NCBI GenBank assembly: GCA_951406725.2
Contig: OX597817.1
Coordinates: forward strand, 156,984,001-157,048,000
DNA from: Octopus vulgaris
Lineage: Eukaryota
Direction of reading: 5' to 3'
DNA: 64,000 nt
The notes beneath the pieces are model-generated. The model was not told the DNA's origin. It ran no database searches and saw nothing but the letters and a program-made list of their open reading frames with translations. Positions 11,031 through 23,298 of the stretch are shown here, one piece after another. Made by a program: the position numbers and the translations under genes. The first letter of the stretch is position 1. Every line of letters begins with the position of its first letter.

Positions 11031-11576
11031 CCCTTTTGATATCAACCCAGCTGAAACCGGCCCTGGCTCTGTAGTACAAATGTCTTGTTTTCATAAGTTT
11101 TGAATTAAAATCTTCCACCAAACCTTAGTCATAATTTATGTTCCTAACACTAGCTTAATGATAATTGAGTTATTTTACTAAATACTTTGTTATATCTAAA
11201 ATTAATTGAAAGAAACACAGAGCATCTCAAAATGAATACGGTAATGAAGGGGTTAAACTAAGTGTTATGAAGACTGAGATATTGGTCCTTCTCAAGAAAA
11301 TCCTCTCAGTGCATTCTGCATGTTAGTGGAACATCACTGAGTTAAGTGGAGAAGTTTAACCCTTTCGTTACCAACCCAGCTGAAACCGCCTCTGGCTCTG
11401 TAGTACAAATGTCTTGTTTTCATAAGTTTTGAATTAAAATCTTCCACCAAACCTTAGTCACAATTTATGTTCCTAACACTAGCTGAATGATAAGTTATTT
11501 TACTAAATTCTTTGTTATATTTAAAGTAATTGAAAGAAACACAGAGCATCTCAAAAGAAATACAGTAACGAAAGGG
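11031..11576 (+). mobile_element. Two adjacent piggyBac-type MITEs (11031-11252 and 11360-11576)
   Basis: TTAA|CCCTTTCGTTAC…GTAACGAAAGGG|TTAA. Same family at 20562-20782(-), 26363-26570(+), 33784-33987(-), 35897-36112(-) and 56166-56386(-). Confidence 0.8.
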
Positions 11577-11689
11577 TTAAGTATCTTGCAGCTGTATTCA
11601 TGAGTGATGGGGAGTAGGAGGCTGAATTGGATGCTTGAACTGCAGGGGCTGGCATAGTAATGTGCCAGCTTCAGTATTTAATCCTTGGG

Positions 11690-12075
11690 AGGCGCAATGG
11701 CCCAGTGGTTAGGGCAGCGAACTCGCGGTCATAGGATCGCGGTTTCGATTCCCAGACTGAGCGTTTTGAGTGTTTATTGAGCGAAAACACCTAAAGCTCC
11801 ACGAGGCTCCGGCAGGGGATGGTGGTGATCCCTGCAGTACTCTTTCACCACAACTTTCTCTCACTCTTACTTCCTGTTTCTGTTGTACCTGTATTTCAAA
11901 GGGCCGGCCTTGTCACTCTCTGTGTCACGCTGAATATCCCCGAGAACTACGTTAAGGTTACACGTGTCTGGTGAGTGCTCAGCCACTTACACGTTAATTT
12001 CACGAGCAGGTTGTTCCGTTGATTCGGATCAACCGGAACCCTCGTCGTCGTAACCGATGGAGTGCTTCCATCCAC
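11690..12075 (+). mobile_element. tRNA-derived SINE family B
   Basis: Head GGCGCAATGGCCCAGTGGTTAGGGCAGCG…GGTTTCGATTCCC with A and B boxes. Copies at 15862-16248(-), 30130-30500(+) and a related element at 21955-22265(-). Confidence 0.85.
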
Positions 12076-12237
12076 ATAGAAGATTATAAGATATATCTAA
12101 ATCCTTACTAGTTGGTGATCATGGAAGGGAAAATTTTTATCTGTGAGTTCAGCTTAATGATCTAATTGTTGATTTTATTTATCTAAAAAATTATTTCTTT
12201 ACTCTTCTGTTGCTCAAACATGAAACTTTTCCTTCAG

Positions 12238-12376
12238 CCTTTAAAACATGATCGCTTTTTGATCAATAAATCTCGCTATGACTCCATCGACAGTTACTTG
12301 TCCGAAGAAGGTCGTTGCTACAACGATTTACAGTTGGTGTATGACAAAGAGATTTATGAAGAGCTAATGGCTGAAG
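12238..12376 (+). CDS. GCLC: GCLC exon
   Basis: cag|PLKHDRFLINKSRYDSIDSYLSEEGRCYNDLQLVYDKEIYEELMAE(G)|gtatgt. Confidence 0.95.
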
Positions 12377-13188
12377 GTATGTCTTACGCAGTTTAACAAT
12401 CTATGCTATAAATTTCAATCATAAGTGCTGGGTTTTTTTTTTAGCCATCACTACAACTTTTCATTTAAATTTTCATGAGTTGTTACATCTGTAAAAATCT
12501 TTAACTCTTTCTCTTGTATTTTTCCATATTAGAATGTCATCATCATCATCATCATCGTTTAACGTCCGCTTTCCATGCTAGCATGGGTTGGATGATTTGA
12601 CTGAGGGCTGGCGAACCAGACGGCCGCACCAGGCTTCAATCTTGATCTGGCATAGTTTCTACAGCTGGATGCCCTTCCTAACGCCAACCATTCCGAGAGT
12701 GTAGCGGGTGCTTTTTACGTGCCACCGGCACAGGGCCAACCAGGTGGTACTGGCAACGACCACACTCGAATCCTTTTACACATGCCACCAGCACAGGTGC
12801 CAGTAAGGCGACATTGGTAACGATCACGCTCGAATGGTGCCCTTTTACGTGCCACCAGCATGAAGCCAGTTGACTGCTCTGGCAACAATCATGCTTGGAT
12901 GGTGCTCTTGGCACCCTACTAGCACGGGCACAAGTGCCAGTAAGGCGACGCTGGTAATGATCACACTCAAATGGTGCCCTTTTATGTGCCAATGTATTGT
13001 ATAGTTTTGACAAATGTAAGTCATTTGCACATTGTATTGTTAGAAAAACTTATTTTTATAAATATGTACTTTTCTATCATTAACTCCAAAGAGGGGAACT
13101 CAACTTTGAAGGGCAAAACCTGTTGTCAGGAAGAGCTTGTGATGTCATTCATGGCCTACTGGCATGTTTACACCTATATTATCTATAA

Positions 13189-13397
13189 CAGGGGTGGGCA
13201 AACTACGGCCCGCATGCGGCCCGCCATAGGTTTTCATGCGGCCCGCCGAGAGCTTTTATGAATCCCAACTTCTATGCAGATACATCGTAACTGTACGGTA
13301 ATTCACAATATTTTCACTTGATTTTTATAAATGAGGCCCGCCAAGATTCCAAAGACGCACTGTGCGGCCCACGATCAAAAAAGTTTGCCCACCCCTG
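13189..13397. mobile_element. hAT-family MITE
   Basis: TIR CAGGGGTGGGCAAACT / AGTTTGCCCACCCCTG with perfect 8-bp TSD ATCTATAA on both sides. Confidence 0.9.
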
Positions 13398-13796
13398 ATC
13401 TATAAGGAGAATTTCTTGTCTTTAGACAAACTTGTGCAGTGTAATTGTCTTTCCATGTCTGAACATACATAAACATGTTAAATATGGCTATGTACAATCT
13501 ACTAGGATTAAATTGACCAGATGTGTTGTGGTGCTCTTGCTACTGCGATCCCAACATTGCTATTGTGTAATTGTTCTGGTATCAGCTCTAAAGATAGATA
13601 TTCCTAATGATTCAAGGATAAGATTTGGAAGATTTTTTTTAATGTAACACTGATTCAGCAGAACATTCTATGCAAAGTCAATCACTAAATTCAATATCAG
13701 ACTGCTAATTGATAATTGCTTTTCTATTGTTTGATTTGTGTGTGCGTGTGTGTGTTCTTTGTTAAATGCATTCTGTTGATAGATATTGCATAGCAC

Positions 13797-14466
13797 AAGG
13801 CAGCGAGCTGGCAGAAACGTTAGCATACTGGGCGAATTGCTTAGCAGTATTTCGTCTGCCATTACGTTCTGAGTTCAAATTCCACCGAGGTCGACTTTGC
13901 CTTTCTTCCTTTCGGGGTCGATAAATTAAGTACCAGTTACACACTGGGGTCGATGTAATCAACTTAATCCCTTTGTCTGTCCTTGTTTGTCCCCTCTATG
14001 TTTAGCCCCTTGTGGGTAGTAAAGAAATGAGAAATGTTAGCATGCCGGGCGAAATGCTTAGCGGTATTTTGTCTGCCATTATGTTTTGAGTTCAAATTCC
14101 ACTGAGGTCGACTTTGCCTTTCTTCCTTTCGGGGTCGATAAATTAAGTACCAGTTACACACTGGGGTCGATGTAATCAACTTAATCCCTTTGTCTGTCCT
14201 TGTTTGTCCCCTCTATGTTTAGCCCCTTGTGGGTAGTAAAGAAATGAGAAATGTTAGCATGCCGGGCGAAATGCTTAGCGGTATTTTGTCTCCCGTTACG
14301 TTCTGAGTTCAAATTCCACCGAGGTCGACTTCGCCTTTCTTCCTTTCGGGGTCGATAAATTAAGTACCAGTTACACACTGGGGTCGATGTAATCAACTTA
14401 ATCCCTTTGTCTGTCCTTGTTTGTCCCCTCTTTGTTTAGCCTCTTGTGGGCAATAACAAAAATAAG
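13797..14466 (+). mobile_element. SINE family C as a three-unit head-to-tail tandem (217-bp period)
   Basis: Unit GGCGAGCTGGCAGAAACGTTAGCA…GAGTTCAAATTCC…GGTCGACTTTGCCTTTCATCCTTTCGGGGTCGATAAATTAAGTACCAG; the central domain resembles the MetaSINE core (from memory). Other copies at 18999-19415 (dimer), 19913-20125, 23674-23909(-), 24231-24466, 31928-32150(-), 60468-60677(-) and 61203-61430. Confidence 0.8.
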
Positions 14467-14617
14467 ATATTGCATAAGTACCATCTATTACAAACTGAAA
14501 CTTTTGGTTGTTTAGTAGTTAGGAAATTCGTGTAACTTAGTCAAATGACATTGTATTTTGGAGTTTTAATTTCTGGACCACAAATAAGTGAATGTAAAAT
14601 AATATTATATTTATCAG

Positions 14618-14730
14618 GTATTGATGATTTGCTCTCTCAGCATATTGCCCATCTGTTCATTCGGGACCCTATCTCCTTGTTTGAAGAAAAGATTAACCAG
14701 AATGATAGTACTGATACGGACCATTTTGAG
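14618..14730 (+). CDS. GCLC: GCLC exon
   Basis: cag|(G)[37 protein letters not shown]|gtaagt. Confidence 0.95.
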
Positions 14731-14910
14731 GTAAGTTTCATTTGTATTTAGCTGTTTCATTGGTTTATGAGGACCTTAGATGACCAGTTAGTTACATTGG
14801 AGATTATAGTTGAGTAAGTTGGCCAGGTCATTACCATGTGGATTTTCTCAAATGAGTTTTTCTAGAATCTGGGAAGGCACCTTTTAATATATATATATGA
14901 TTCAAAATGA

Positions 14911-15240
14911 AGGCGCGTGGCTCAGTGGTTAGAGCGTCGAGCTTACGATCGTGAGGTTGTGAGCTTGAATCCCGGACCGGGCTGCGTGTTGTGTTCTTGA
15001 GCAAGACACTTTATTTCACGTTGCTCCAGTTCACTCAGCTGTAGAAATGAGTTGCGACGTCACGGGTGCCAAGCTGTATCGGCCTTTGCCTTTCCCTTGG
15101 ATAACACTGGTGGCGTGGAGAGGGGAGGCCGGTATGCATGGGTGACTGCTGGTCTTCCATAAACCACCTTGCCCAGACTTGTGACTAGGAGGGTAACTTT
15201 CTAGGTGCAGTCCCATGGTCAGTGTCGTGACCAAAGGGGG
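14911..15240 (+). mobile_element. tRNA-derived SINE family D
   Basis: Head GGCGCGTGGCTCAGTGGTTAGAGCG…GAATCCCGG. A 3' fragment of the same family lies at 8040-8215(-). Confidence 0.75.
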
Positions 15241-15443
15241 TCCCGATGTCCCGATGATTCAAATGTACAAAAAATAAAAGACAGAGACAAAACAAGTGAA
15301 GGAACAATAAACTAAGTGTTATTAGTTTGATGGTCAGGAAAAATGGAAAATCTTTGATGTTTTGAGCTTAAGCTCTTTGACGGAAAAATAATGAGGAAAG
15401 AAAATGGAGAGAAAAAACATGTTTGGATTAATGGGTTCAAATG

Positions 15444-15493
<50 letters not shown>

Positions 15494-16377
15494 TATGTAT
15501 TCTTATATTCTCTTACTTGTTTCAGTCATTTGACTGTGGCCATGCTGGAGCATCGCCTTTATTCAAACAAACTGACCCCAGGACTTATTCTTTGTAAGCC
15601 TAGTACTTACTCTATCGGTCTCTTTTGCCGAACTGTTAAGTTGCAGGGATGTAAACACACCAACATTGGTTGTCAAGGGGGATAAACACAGACACACAAA
15701 TACATACATACAGTTTATGAGAAGTGTAACATGGTTCATAATTGCATGTACTGTGTTATTCTTGAAAAGTGATGAAGAAGTAACGTTTCAATCCGGCAAC
15801 AAGAATTCCTCGGAAAAATCCTAAATACTGAATGTAGCTTAGCTTCCTGTTTTTATGCAGGGAGGAGGAAGCACTCCGTCGGTTACGACGATGAGGGTTC
15901 CGGTTGATCCGAATCAACGGAACAGCCTGCTCGTGAAATTAATGTGTAAGTGGCTGAGCACTCCACAGACACGTGTACCCTTAACGTAGTTCTCGGGGAT
16001 ATTCAGCGTGACACAGAGTGACAAGGCCGGCACCTTGAAATACAGGTACAACAGAAACAGGAAGTAAGAGTGAGAGAAAGTTGTGGTGAAAGAGTACAGC
16101 AGGGTTCACCACCATCCCCTGCCGGAACCTCGTGGAGCTTTAGGTGTTTTCGCTCAATAAACACTCACAACGCCCGGTCTGGGAATCGAAACCGCGATCC
16201 TATGACCGCGAGTCCGCTGCCCTAACCACTGGGCAATTGCGCCTCCACTGTTTTTATGCAAATACAATAATGAATGACAAGGTTTTTAACCATCCACATG
16301 TTGTAATTTCAATTCGTAGTTCAAACCATATAATTTTTTATTTAAATATCGCATATGTTTTTCTTTTTTCTTTGTAG

Positions 16378-16470
16378 AATATCCAATCAACAAATTGGCA
16401 GTCATTAAGATTTAAACCTCCCCCACCAGGTTCCAATATTGGTTGGAGAGTTGAATTCAGACCAATGGAG
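16378..16470 (+). CDS. GCLC: GCLC exon
   Basis: tag|[31 protein letters not shown]|gtaaga. Contains the conserved [10 protein letters not shown] motif. Confidence 0.97.
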
Positions 16471-16491
16471 GTAAGATAGAATCACTCTTTC

Positions 16492-16920
16492 GGATCTTTT
16501 CGGTTTGACCGGCAGTTTTTTAAAATAATTTCTATGTAACTAAACACTTTTAAACTTCGTACACTGGTAGAATGTGTTTATAAAACATCTTTTTCTCTTG
16601 GCTTTATTGAGAAAATTCTATAGTTTGTAAGATATTTGTTGGTGTTTTTCTTCAGTTTCTGCAATCTCAACCAATCAATGACATCTATTGAGGTGAAAAC
16701 ATTCTGTGCCGTATGAAAATGTCCCTCGTTTAAAAAACAGATTGGGTTTATTTACATTTCTGAAGAAAAAAAGATACCCTTCCCCCCACCCCTAACCCTA
16801 ATTCTAATCCTAACCCTAAAACAGGTTGAAATGCAATAGATTGATACTAGGGTCATAATTATGGGTAACAATTTCATATGACACTGCTAGAAAAAACTGC
16901 CGTTCAAACCGAAAAGATCC
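16492..16920. mobile_element. Mutator-like MITE
   Basis: TIR GGATCTTTTCGGTTTGA / TCAAACCGAAAAGATCC with perfect 9-bp TSD CACTCTTTC. Inserted 21 bp after a GCLC donor. Confidence 0.85.
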
Positions 16921-19658
16921 CACTCTTTCTAATCAGTGAAGTAACTGATTTATACTTCGGTGAGCACTAATGTCATGGTATGAAATTTTGGCCTCTTGCT
17001 GAAGAGAATGATATTCTCTGAATGTTTTAAAATCTCTTATTTGTTTTTACATCTCTTTTTCCCATGCTAGCTTAGGTTAGCCAAATATACTATTGAGGCA
17101 TTGTTTTTTACAGCCAGATGCCCTTCCTATCAGTAACCCTTACCTGTTTTTCAAATAAGGGACATCTTTATTTCTCTTGGCTTCAGAGTTATGAAGTGAA
17201 TGGGCGATTTATTGACAGAAGTGCCAACAACATCACTACTCAAACATCATAACTTTTATATGAGTAAATGCGGCTCCTGTGCTAATGCCACATAAAAAGC
17301 ACCATTTCAGCGTGGTCGATGCCAGTGCCGCCTGACTGGGCCCCATGCCAGTGGCACATAAAAAGCACCCATTACACTCTAGGAGTGGTTGGCATTAGGA
17401 AGGACATCCAGCTGTAGAAACCTTGCCAGATCAGATTGGAGCCTGGTGCAGCCTTCTGGCTTGCCAGTCCTTAGTCAAACAGTCCAGCCCATGCCAGCAT
17501 GGAAAGTGGACATTAAATGATGATGATATATATGTATATGCACACATATATTTATATGATATATACACGTGTGTGTGTGTGTTTATGGCAAGCCTTTTTT
17601 TTCAGTTTCTGTGTACTAAATCCACTCGCAAGGCTCTGGTTGGTCCAGGATTATGATAGAAGACAGTTGCCCAAGGTGTCACATAGTGGGACTGAAACTG
17701 AAACCACATGATTGGGAAGCAAACTTCTTAACCACACGGCCATATGTCTATGCTTTATATTTAAGCGAATTGAAGATGGAAAATTAACATTTTTAGTAAA
17801 GAAAATTTAAGATTGCCATTGAGATTGTACATCAGCCAATGAATAATTTGGCCTTAAATTTTGGCACAAGGCTAGCTAAATCAAATAGACTGATCCCAGT
17901 GTGCAACTGGGATCCTGGTTAATTTATTGATCCTGAAAGGATGAAAAGCAAATTGAACCTGATGTCATTTGAACTCACAATGTAAAGACAGACAAATTGC
18001 TTCTAGGCATTTATCCTGGCTTACTCATGATTCTGCCAGCTTGCCACCTTAAACACCAGATGAATAATTTGAAAATGACTTCTGTTTGTTTTCAGAGTTG
18101 TACTTGTCTTGCAGAAGAGCCATTTAGTAACATGCAAAAATGTTACATTCACTTTAACCATTTCATCATATCATCATCATCATTTAACGTCCGCTTTCCA
18201 TACTAGCATGGGTTGGACGATTTAATTGAGGGCTGGTGAACCAGATGGCTGCACCAGGCTCCAATCTTGATATGGCAGCGTTTCTACAGCTGGATGCCCT
18301 TCCTAACGCCAACCACTCCAAGAGTAGTGGTTGCTTTTACGTGCCACCGGCACGGGGGCCAGTCAGGTAGTACTGGCAACAACCTCGCACACATGCCACC
18401 GGCACAGGTGCAAGTAAGGCGACGCTGGTAACGATCATGCTTGAATGGTGCCTTTTACGTGCCACTGACACAGAAGCCAGTTATCCGCTCTGGCAACGAT
18501 CACGCTTGGATGGTGCTCTTAGCACCCTACTAGCATGGGGCTCAAGTGCCAGTAAGGTGATGCTGGTAACGATCACACTCAAATGGTGCCTTTTATGTGC
18601 CACTGGCACAGAAGCCGGTTAGCCGCTCTGTCAATGATCAGATTTCTCTGTTAAATGTAATGCTTATTTATTCATATTGTTTTGAACAAATCATATGTTA
18701 TCTTGTAGCTTTGAGATTTCAATAGCATAATTGTATAGTTTTGGAATGACATTGTAGCGTAGGTGTGAGAGGCCTGATCTGGTCAGTTTGTCCATTAAAG
18801 AGGGAGAACATTTGGGCCACATATGGTTGGTTTGAATGCTAAGTGATCAGATTCATTTCATTAGCTGTCAGAATTTTCCCTGCACAATTGCAGCCTAACG
18901 AGGGATACGGTTGTATTAGAAAACAGTTGCTCTTATTAACTGCTTGTTTGTTTGAAAGCAATAGAAGTAATGGTAAAATGGTTGAAGTAATGGTAGTAAG
19001 GCGGCGAGCTGGCAGAAACGTTAGCACACCAGGCGAAATGCTTAGCAGTATTTCGTCTGCCGCTACGTTCTGAGTTCAAATTCCGCCGAGGTCGACTTTG
19101 CTTTTCATCCTTTCAGGGTCGATTAAATAAGTACCAGTTACGCACTGGAGTCGATATAATCGACTAAATCCGTTTGTCTCTCCTTGTTTGTCTCCTCTGT
19201 GTTTAGCCCCTTGTGGGCAGTAAAGAAATAGGTATTTCGTTTGTCGCTACGTTCTGAGTTCAAATTCTGCCGAGGTCAACTTTGCCTTTCATCCTTTCGG
19301 GGTCGATTAAATAAGTGCCAGTTACGCACTGGGGTCGATATAATCGACTAAATCCGTTTGTCTGTCCTTGTTTGTCCCCTCTGTGTGTAGCCCCTTGTGA
19401 GCAGTAAAGAAATAGGTAAAATGGTTGAAATAGCACTTTCCTAATTTTACTTCACTTATGTGTTGTACCATTGACGAGTGCATTATTTTACCTTTGTAGT
19501 GGAGCAGTTTCATTTTCTTCTTGTCATCCATCTCATATATGTCATCGCATTCTCTGTCACCTCTGTTTGTCATTGTGACTTTTGTTACTCATCTCCTCTC
19601 TCTCTCTCTTATTACAGATGTTATTCATTGGTCTTTGCTTTCTTTTTTTTTTTTGCAG

Positions 19659-19763
19659 ATTCAGTTATCCGACTTTGAAAACGCAGCCTATGTTGTATTT
19701 ATTGTTCTCGTTACTCGAGCTATTTTAACTTTCAAGCTGAACTTATTAATTCCTATATCAAAG
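19659..19763 (+). CDS. GCLC: GCLC exon
   Basis: cag|IQLSDFENAAYVVFIVLVTRAILTFKLNLLIPISK|gtaagc. Confidence 0.95.
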
Positions 19764-21015
19764 GTAAGCTACCTGAATATCATTGTCATCGTTATCATCA
19801 TAATGGCCATTATCATCATTCTACACCCACTTTTCCATGCTTACATGGCTCAGAATGAATTCACTGAGGCAGATTTTCTATGGCTGCATCCCCTTTCCAG
19901 GCAACGTAATATTGGCAGAAACGTTAGCATGATGGGCGAAATGTGTAGCCATATTTCGTCTGTCATTACGTTCTGAGTTCAGATTCCGCCGAGGTCGACT
20001 TTGCCTTTCATCCTTTCAGGGTCGATAAATAAAGTACCAGTTTCGCACTGGGGTCAATATAATCAACTTAATCCCTTTGTCTGTCCTTGTTTGTCCCCTC
20101 TATGTTTAGCCCCTTGTAGGCAGTAAAAAAAAAATATTTTCCTCATGACCAAACACACTTGTCATGGAAGACTGGAAAAAAACTACATCACCTCTGTGAT
20201 GATGATGCTTGTTTAAAACCAACACATGATGCCAAGATGCAAATACACACAGACACTCACATTCATGCATGCGCGCACGGCTCCTGCACAGTTTCCATCT
20301 ATCAAATTCACTCCTGATGCTTCGGTAGAAAACACTAGTGCCAAAGTGCCACAGCAGAATTGAACCCGAAACCACATGGTTTTAAGGTGAATTTCTTAAC
20401 CAAACAGACATACCTTGATTCATCTTATAATTACTATCTGTTGCTGCTATTAAGGGCATCCAGCCTTAGAAACCCTGCCAAAACAGACATTGGAGCTCAG
20501 CACAGTCTTCTGGCTTAACAGTTCCTATCAAATTGTCTGACCCATAGAAAACAAACATTAACCCATTCATTACTGTATTTATTTTGGGATGCTCTGTGTT
20601 TCTTTCAATTAATTTTAAATATAACCAAGAATTTAATGAAATAACTTAGTTATCATTCAGCTAGTGTTAAGAGCATAAATTGTGACTAAGGTTTGGCGGA
20701 AGATTTTAATTCAGAACTTTTGAAAACAAGACATTTTTACTCAGAGTTAGAGCCGGTTTCAGCCAGGTTGGTAATGAAAGGGTTAAACGATGACGATGAT
20801 GATGACGTCAACCTGTATTTCTTTCCTTGAATTAAAACAACATCATTTGACATAAACTTGAAGTAAGTGTAACTAACTTTGATAGTTAGAACGCAAGCCA
20901 TCAACTTCTAAATCCACAGAGCCCTTCTTAGATGCATGTGGTCTTCCAGTAAGTTGTATACAATTTGATAGTTTTGCTTCTTTTGTAGATTTTTATCTTA
21001 TTTTTCTTATGGTAG

Positions 21016-21097
21016 GTTGATGAAAATATGGTAACTGCTCAACAGAACAATGCTGCACGCTTGGGAAAGTTCTATTTTAGGAAAGATATCCTAACTG
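21016..21097 (+). CDS. GCLC: GCLC exon
   Basis: tag|VDENMVTAQQNNAARLGKFYFRKDILT(V)|gtaggt. Confidence 0.93.
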
Positions 21098-21229
21098 GTA
21101 GGTTAAAAAATAATTTTGTATCCTTTGTTTATATAATTAATAACAGCATCTATCAACCAGACTATCAGATGTTATACATCACTGGTCACAATGCACTTCC
21201 AATTCCTTCTTGATTTTTTTTTTTCCATC

Positions 21230-21560
21230 TGGCCTGAATGGTGTACCTCGCCGTCCACTCGTTGTGCCTGTCCACTATTTACTTGTGGTGGAACAGCCCA
21301 CTTCTCTCACTTGGGGTGTCCTCCACATCAGTATCTCTTTCCAAACTCTTGTGTACCACTTGGCAATTTCATGGGTCCACTTGTTGTCTCTGAACCTTGT
21401 GACATGTCTGGCCCTGCAGAACTTGCACTTTTGGTATTCTGCAATGACGTCGTTCACCCTGCTTCATTCTCGAATCACTTCATTTTAGATATGCTCTCAT
21501 AATGAAAGTCCTTGCATGGACCTCTTCGTGGTGCTTTTGTGTCATAGCCAATCAATGATG
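21230..21560 (-). mobile_element. Degenerate RTE-clade LINE 3' fragment
   Basis: Minus-strand translation …ARHVTRFRDNKWTHEIAKWY… resembles the RTE ORF C-terminus (WAGHV.R..D.RWT). Confidence 0.55.
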
Positions 21561-22596
21561 TTCTTCCCTCTTCATAGCACAAAATCAGACAGAGGTGGGA
21601 AGCAATAAAATTGGGATGCTAAAGGAATACATCTTCTTGAGGCACAAAGTGAAGAATATGTGTTGAGACGTGGATAATGTAATCTCAAGAACAGGAGCAG
21701 GGTGGAAGGCTTTTACCTCAATAAAAGATAATTGATGTATGATATTAACATAAACTTCCAAATTTTTCAGTCAAATTTAAAAGGAAAACAAAAAATCTAA
21801 TAATCTGTTTTAACTCTTTCTTAATGAGATTATGTCTTTAACGTTGTGTTGTATTTTCCCAGTGCATTACACTAATAACTTATGTAAATCAAGATAGGCA
21901 TATAAACTTTTATAGTGTATTCTAAACATTGGAGGTTTATTCAAATACTTATACCAGTTTTTGTTTGTTCCTTCTCGAGCCACGCCTGGCTCATAAGGGC
22001 CGGTTTCACAGTTTCATTGGCATATAGGTTCCCCACCTGGATGGGATGCCAGTCCTATGCAGGTGAGCTGCTAGATGCAGGAGGAAAGAGTGAGAGAAAG
22101 TTGTGGCGAAAGAGTCAGCAGAGGTTCACCATTACCTTCTGCTGGAGCCGTGTGGAGCTTAGGTTTTTTTGCTCATAAACACACACATTGCCCGGTCTGA
22201 GATTCGAACCCGCGATCCCTCGACCGTGAGTCCGCTGCTCTAACTACTAGGCCATGTGCCTCCACATATCAGTTTGATACTCCTTCTCTACTGACACCAA
22301 CCTATTGTGCAACAACATATTATCAATTACTTGCTCCAGTACATAGGCTATATGAGACCCAAAGAAGATGGCAATGTTTTGCTTTGTGACCCTTGCCACA
22401 CTTTTACTTCTTCAGTAGTGTTGGTGTACCCCAAAAAAGTACCCTCTACACTCTGTTAAATGGTCGGCACTAGGAAAAGCATCTACTTGACTCTCAAGCC
22501 TGATGCAGCTCCACAGCTTATCTGATCTTGTCAAACTGTCCAATTGATGCCAGCATGGAAAACAGACATTGAATGATAATGATATTCAAATATCTT

Positions 22597-23100
22597 AATA
22601 ATAATAATGAAATTATTGTATACAGTGCTCAGGTGCACCACAACTTGTCAAAAGTGTGTATAAAGTATATGCAGTAAATTACAAATGTCTGGAAAGTGAA
22701 CAGTGTATGAGTCAGATACATGCTTGCGTGTGTATGGAGGAGAGAAAATCAAGTGTAGTGTTGAAAAATCTCAGGAAGCACGGAAGTTTTGAAGGATGCA
22801 GTGCTCTGACAACTAACAACTGATGCCGGCAGTTTGTTCCATACTTCAGCAACTCTCAGCGTGAAAAAATGTTTCCAAAAGTCATGGGAGCTGTGCTGTT
22901 TTCTTTCTTTGTAAATATATCCACGGGTGTTAGAGAGGTGGGGTTTGAAAAGGTACTCAGAGTTATTGTTAGTAAAATGGTTAATAATTTTATGGGTGTC
23001 TGCCAAGTCAGCTGCCAGACGTCAGAGTTTCAATATATCCATGCCCAGGGAAGTAAGGCGTTCAGAATATGGCAAATGTCTGATGGAGGGTATTCTCTTC
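22597..23100 (-). mobile_element. CR1 LINE 3' fragment
   Basis: Reverse complement of the 1730-2140 and 2862-3215 family; ORF 22749-23006. Confidence 0.85.
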
Positions 23101-23200
23101 CTCCTATAGGTCATCATTAATTTATGAAAATTTCTTGTTTCGCTTTGGCTTTAATATCAATAATATCTGTTGCTTAATATTTGTAATCACTTCTTAACAG

Positions 23201-23298
23201 TCAACTCACCACCTGAGGCTGCAGAATGTGTTGGTTGTTGTGAACGGATTGATGAAAAATACACCTTGATGACAATAAATGAAATCATTAATGGAAAA
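23201..23298 (+). CDS. GCLC: GCLC exon
   Basis: cag|(V)NSPPEAAECVGCCERIDEKYTLMTINEIINGK|gtaaga. Phases are consistent and YTLM…IINGK is conserved. Confidence 0.9.

Noticed and set aside
11690-11765. tRNA-like sequences (also 14911, 24743, 30130 and others)
   Set aside because: They have A and B boxes but no complete cloverleaf and continue into SINE bodies, so they are SINE heads rather than tRNA genes.
12700-12990. Regularly spaced GTGCCACC(A/G)GCAC repeats with variable spacers, superficially CRISPR-like
   Set aside because: Eukaryotic context, the spacers are related to each other, no cas genes are present, and the array is an internal minisatellite of a dispersed SINE-like family.
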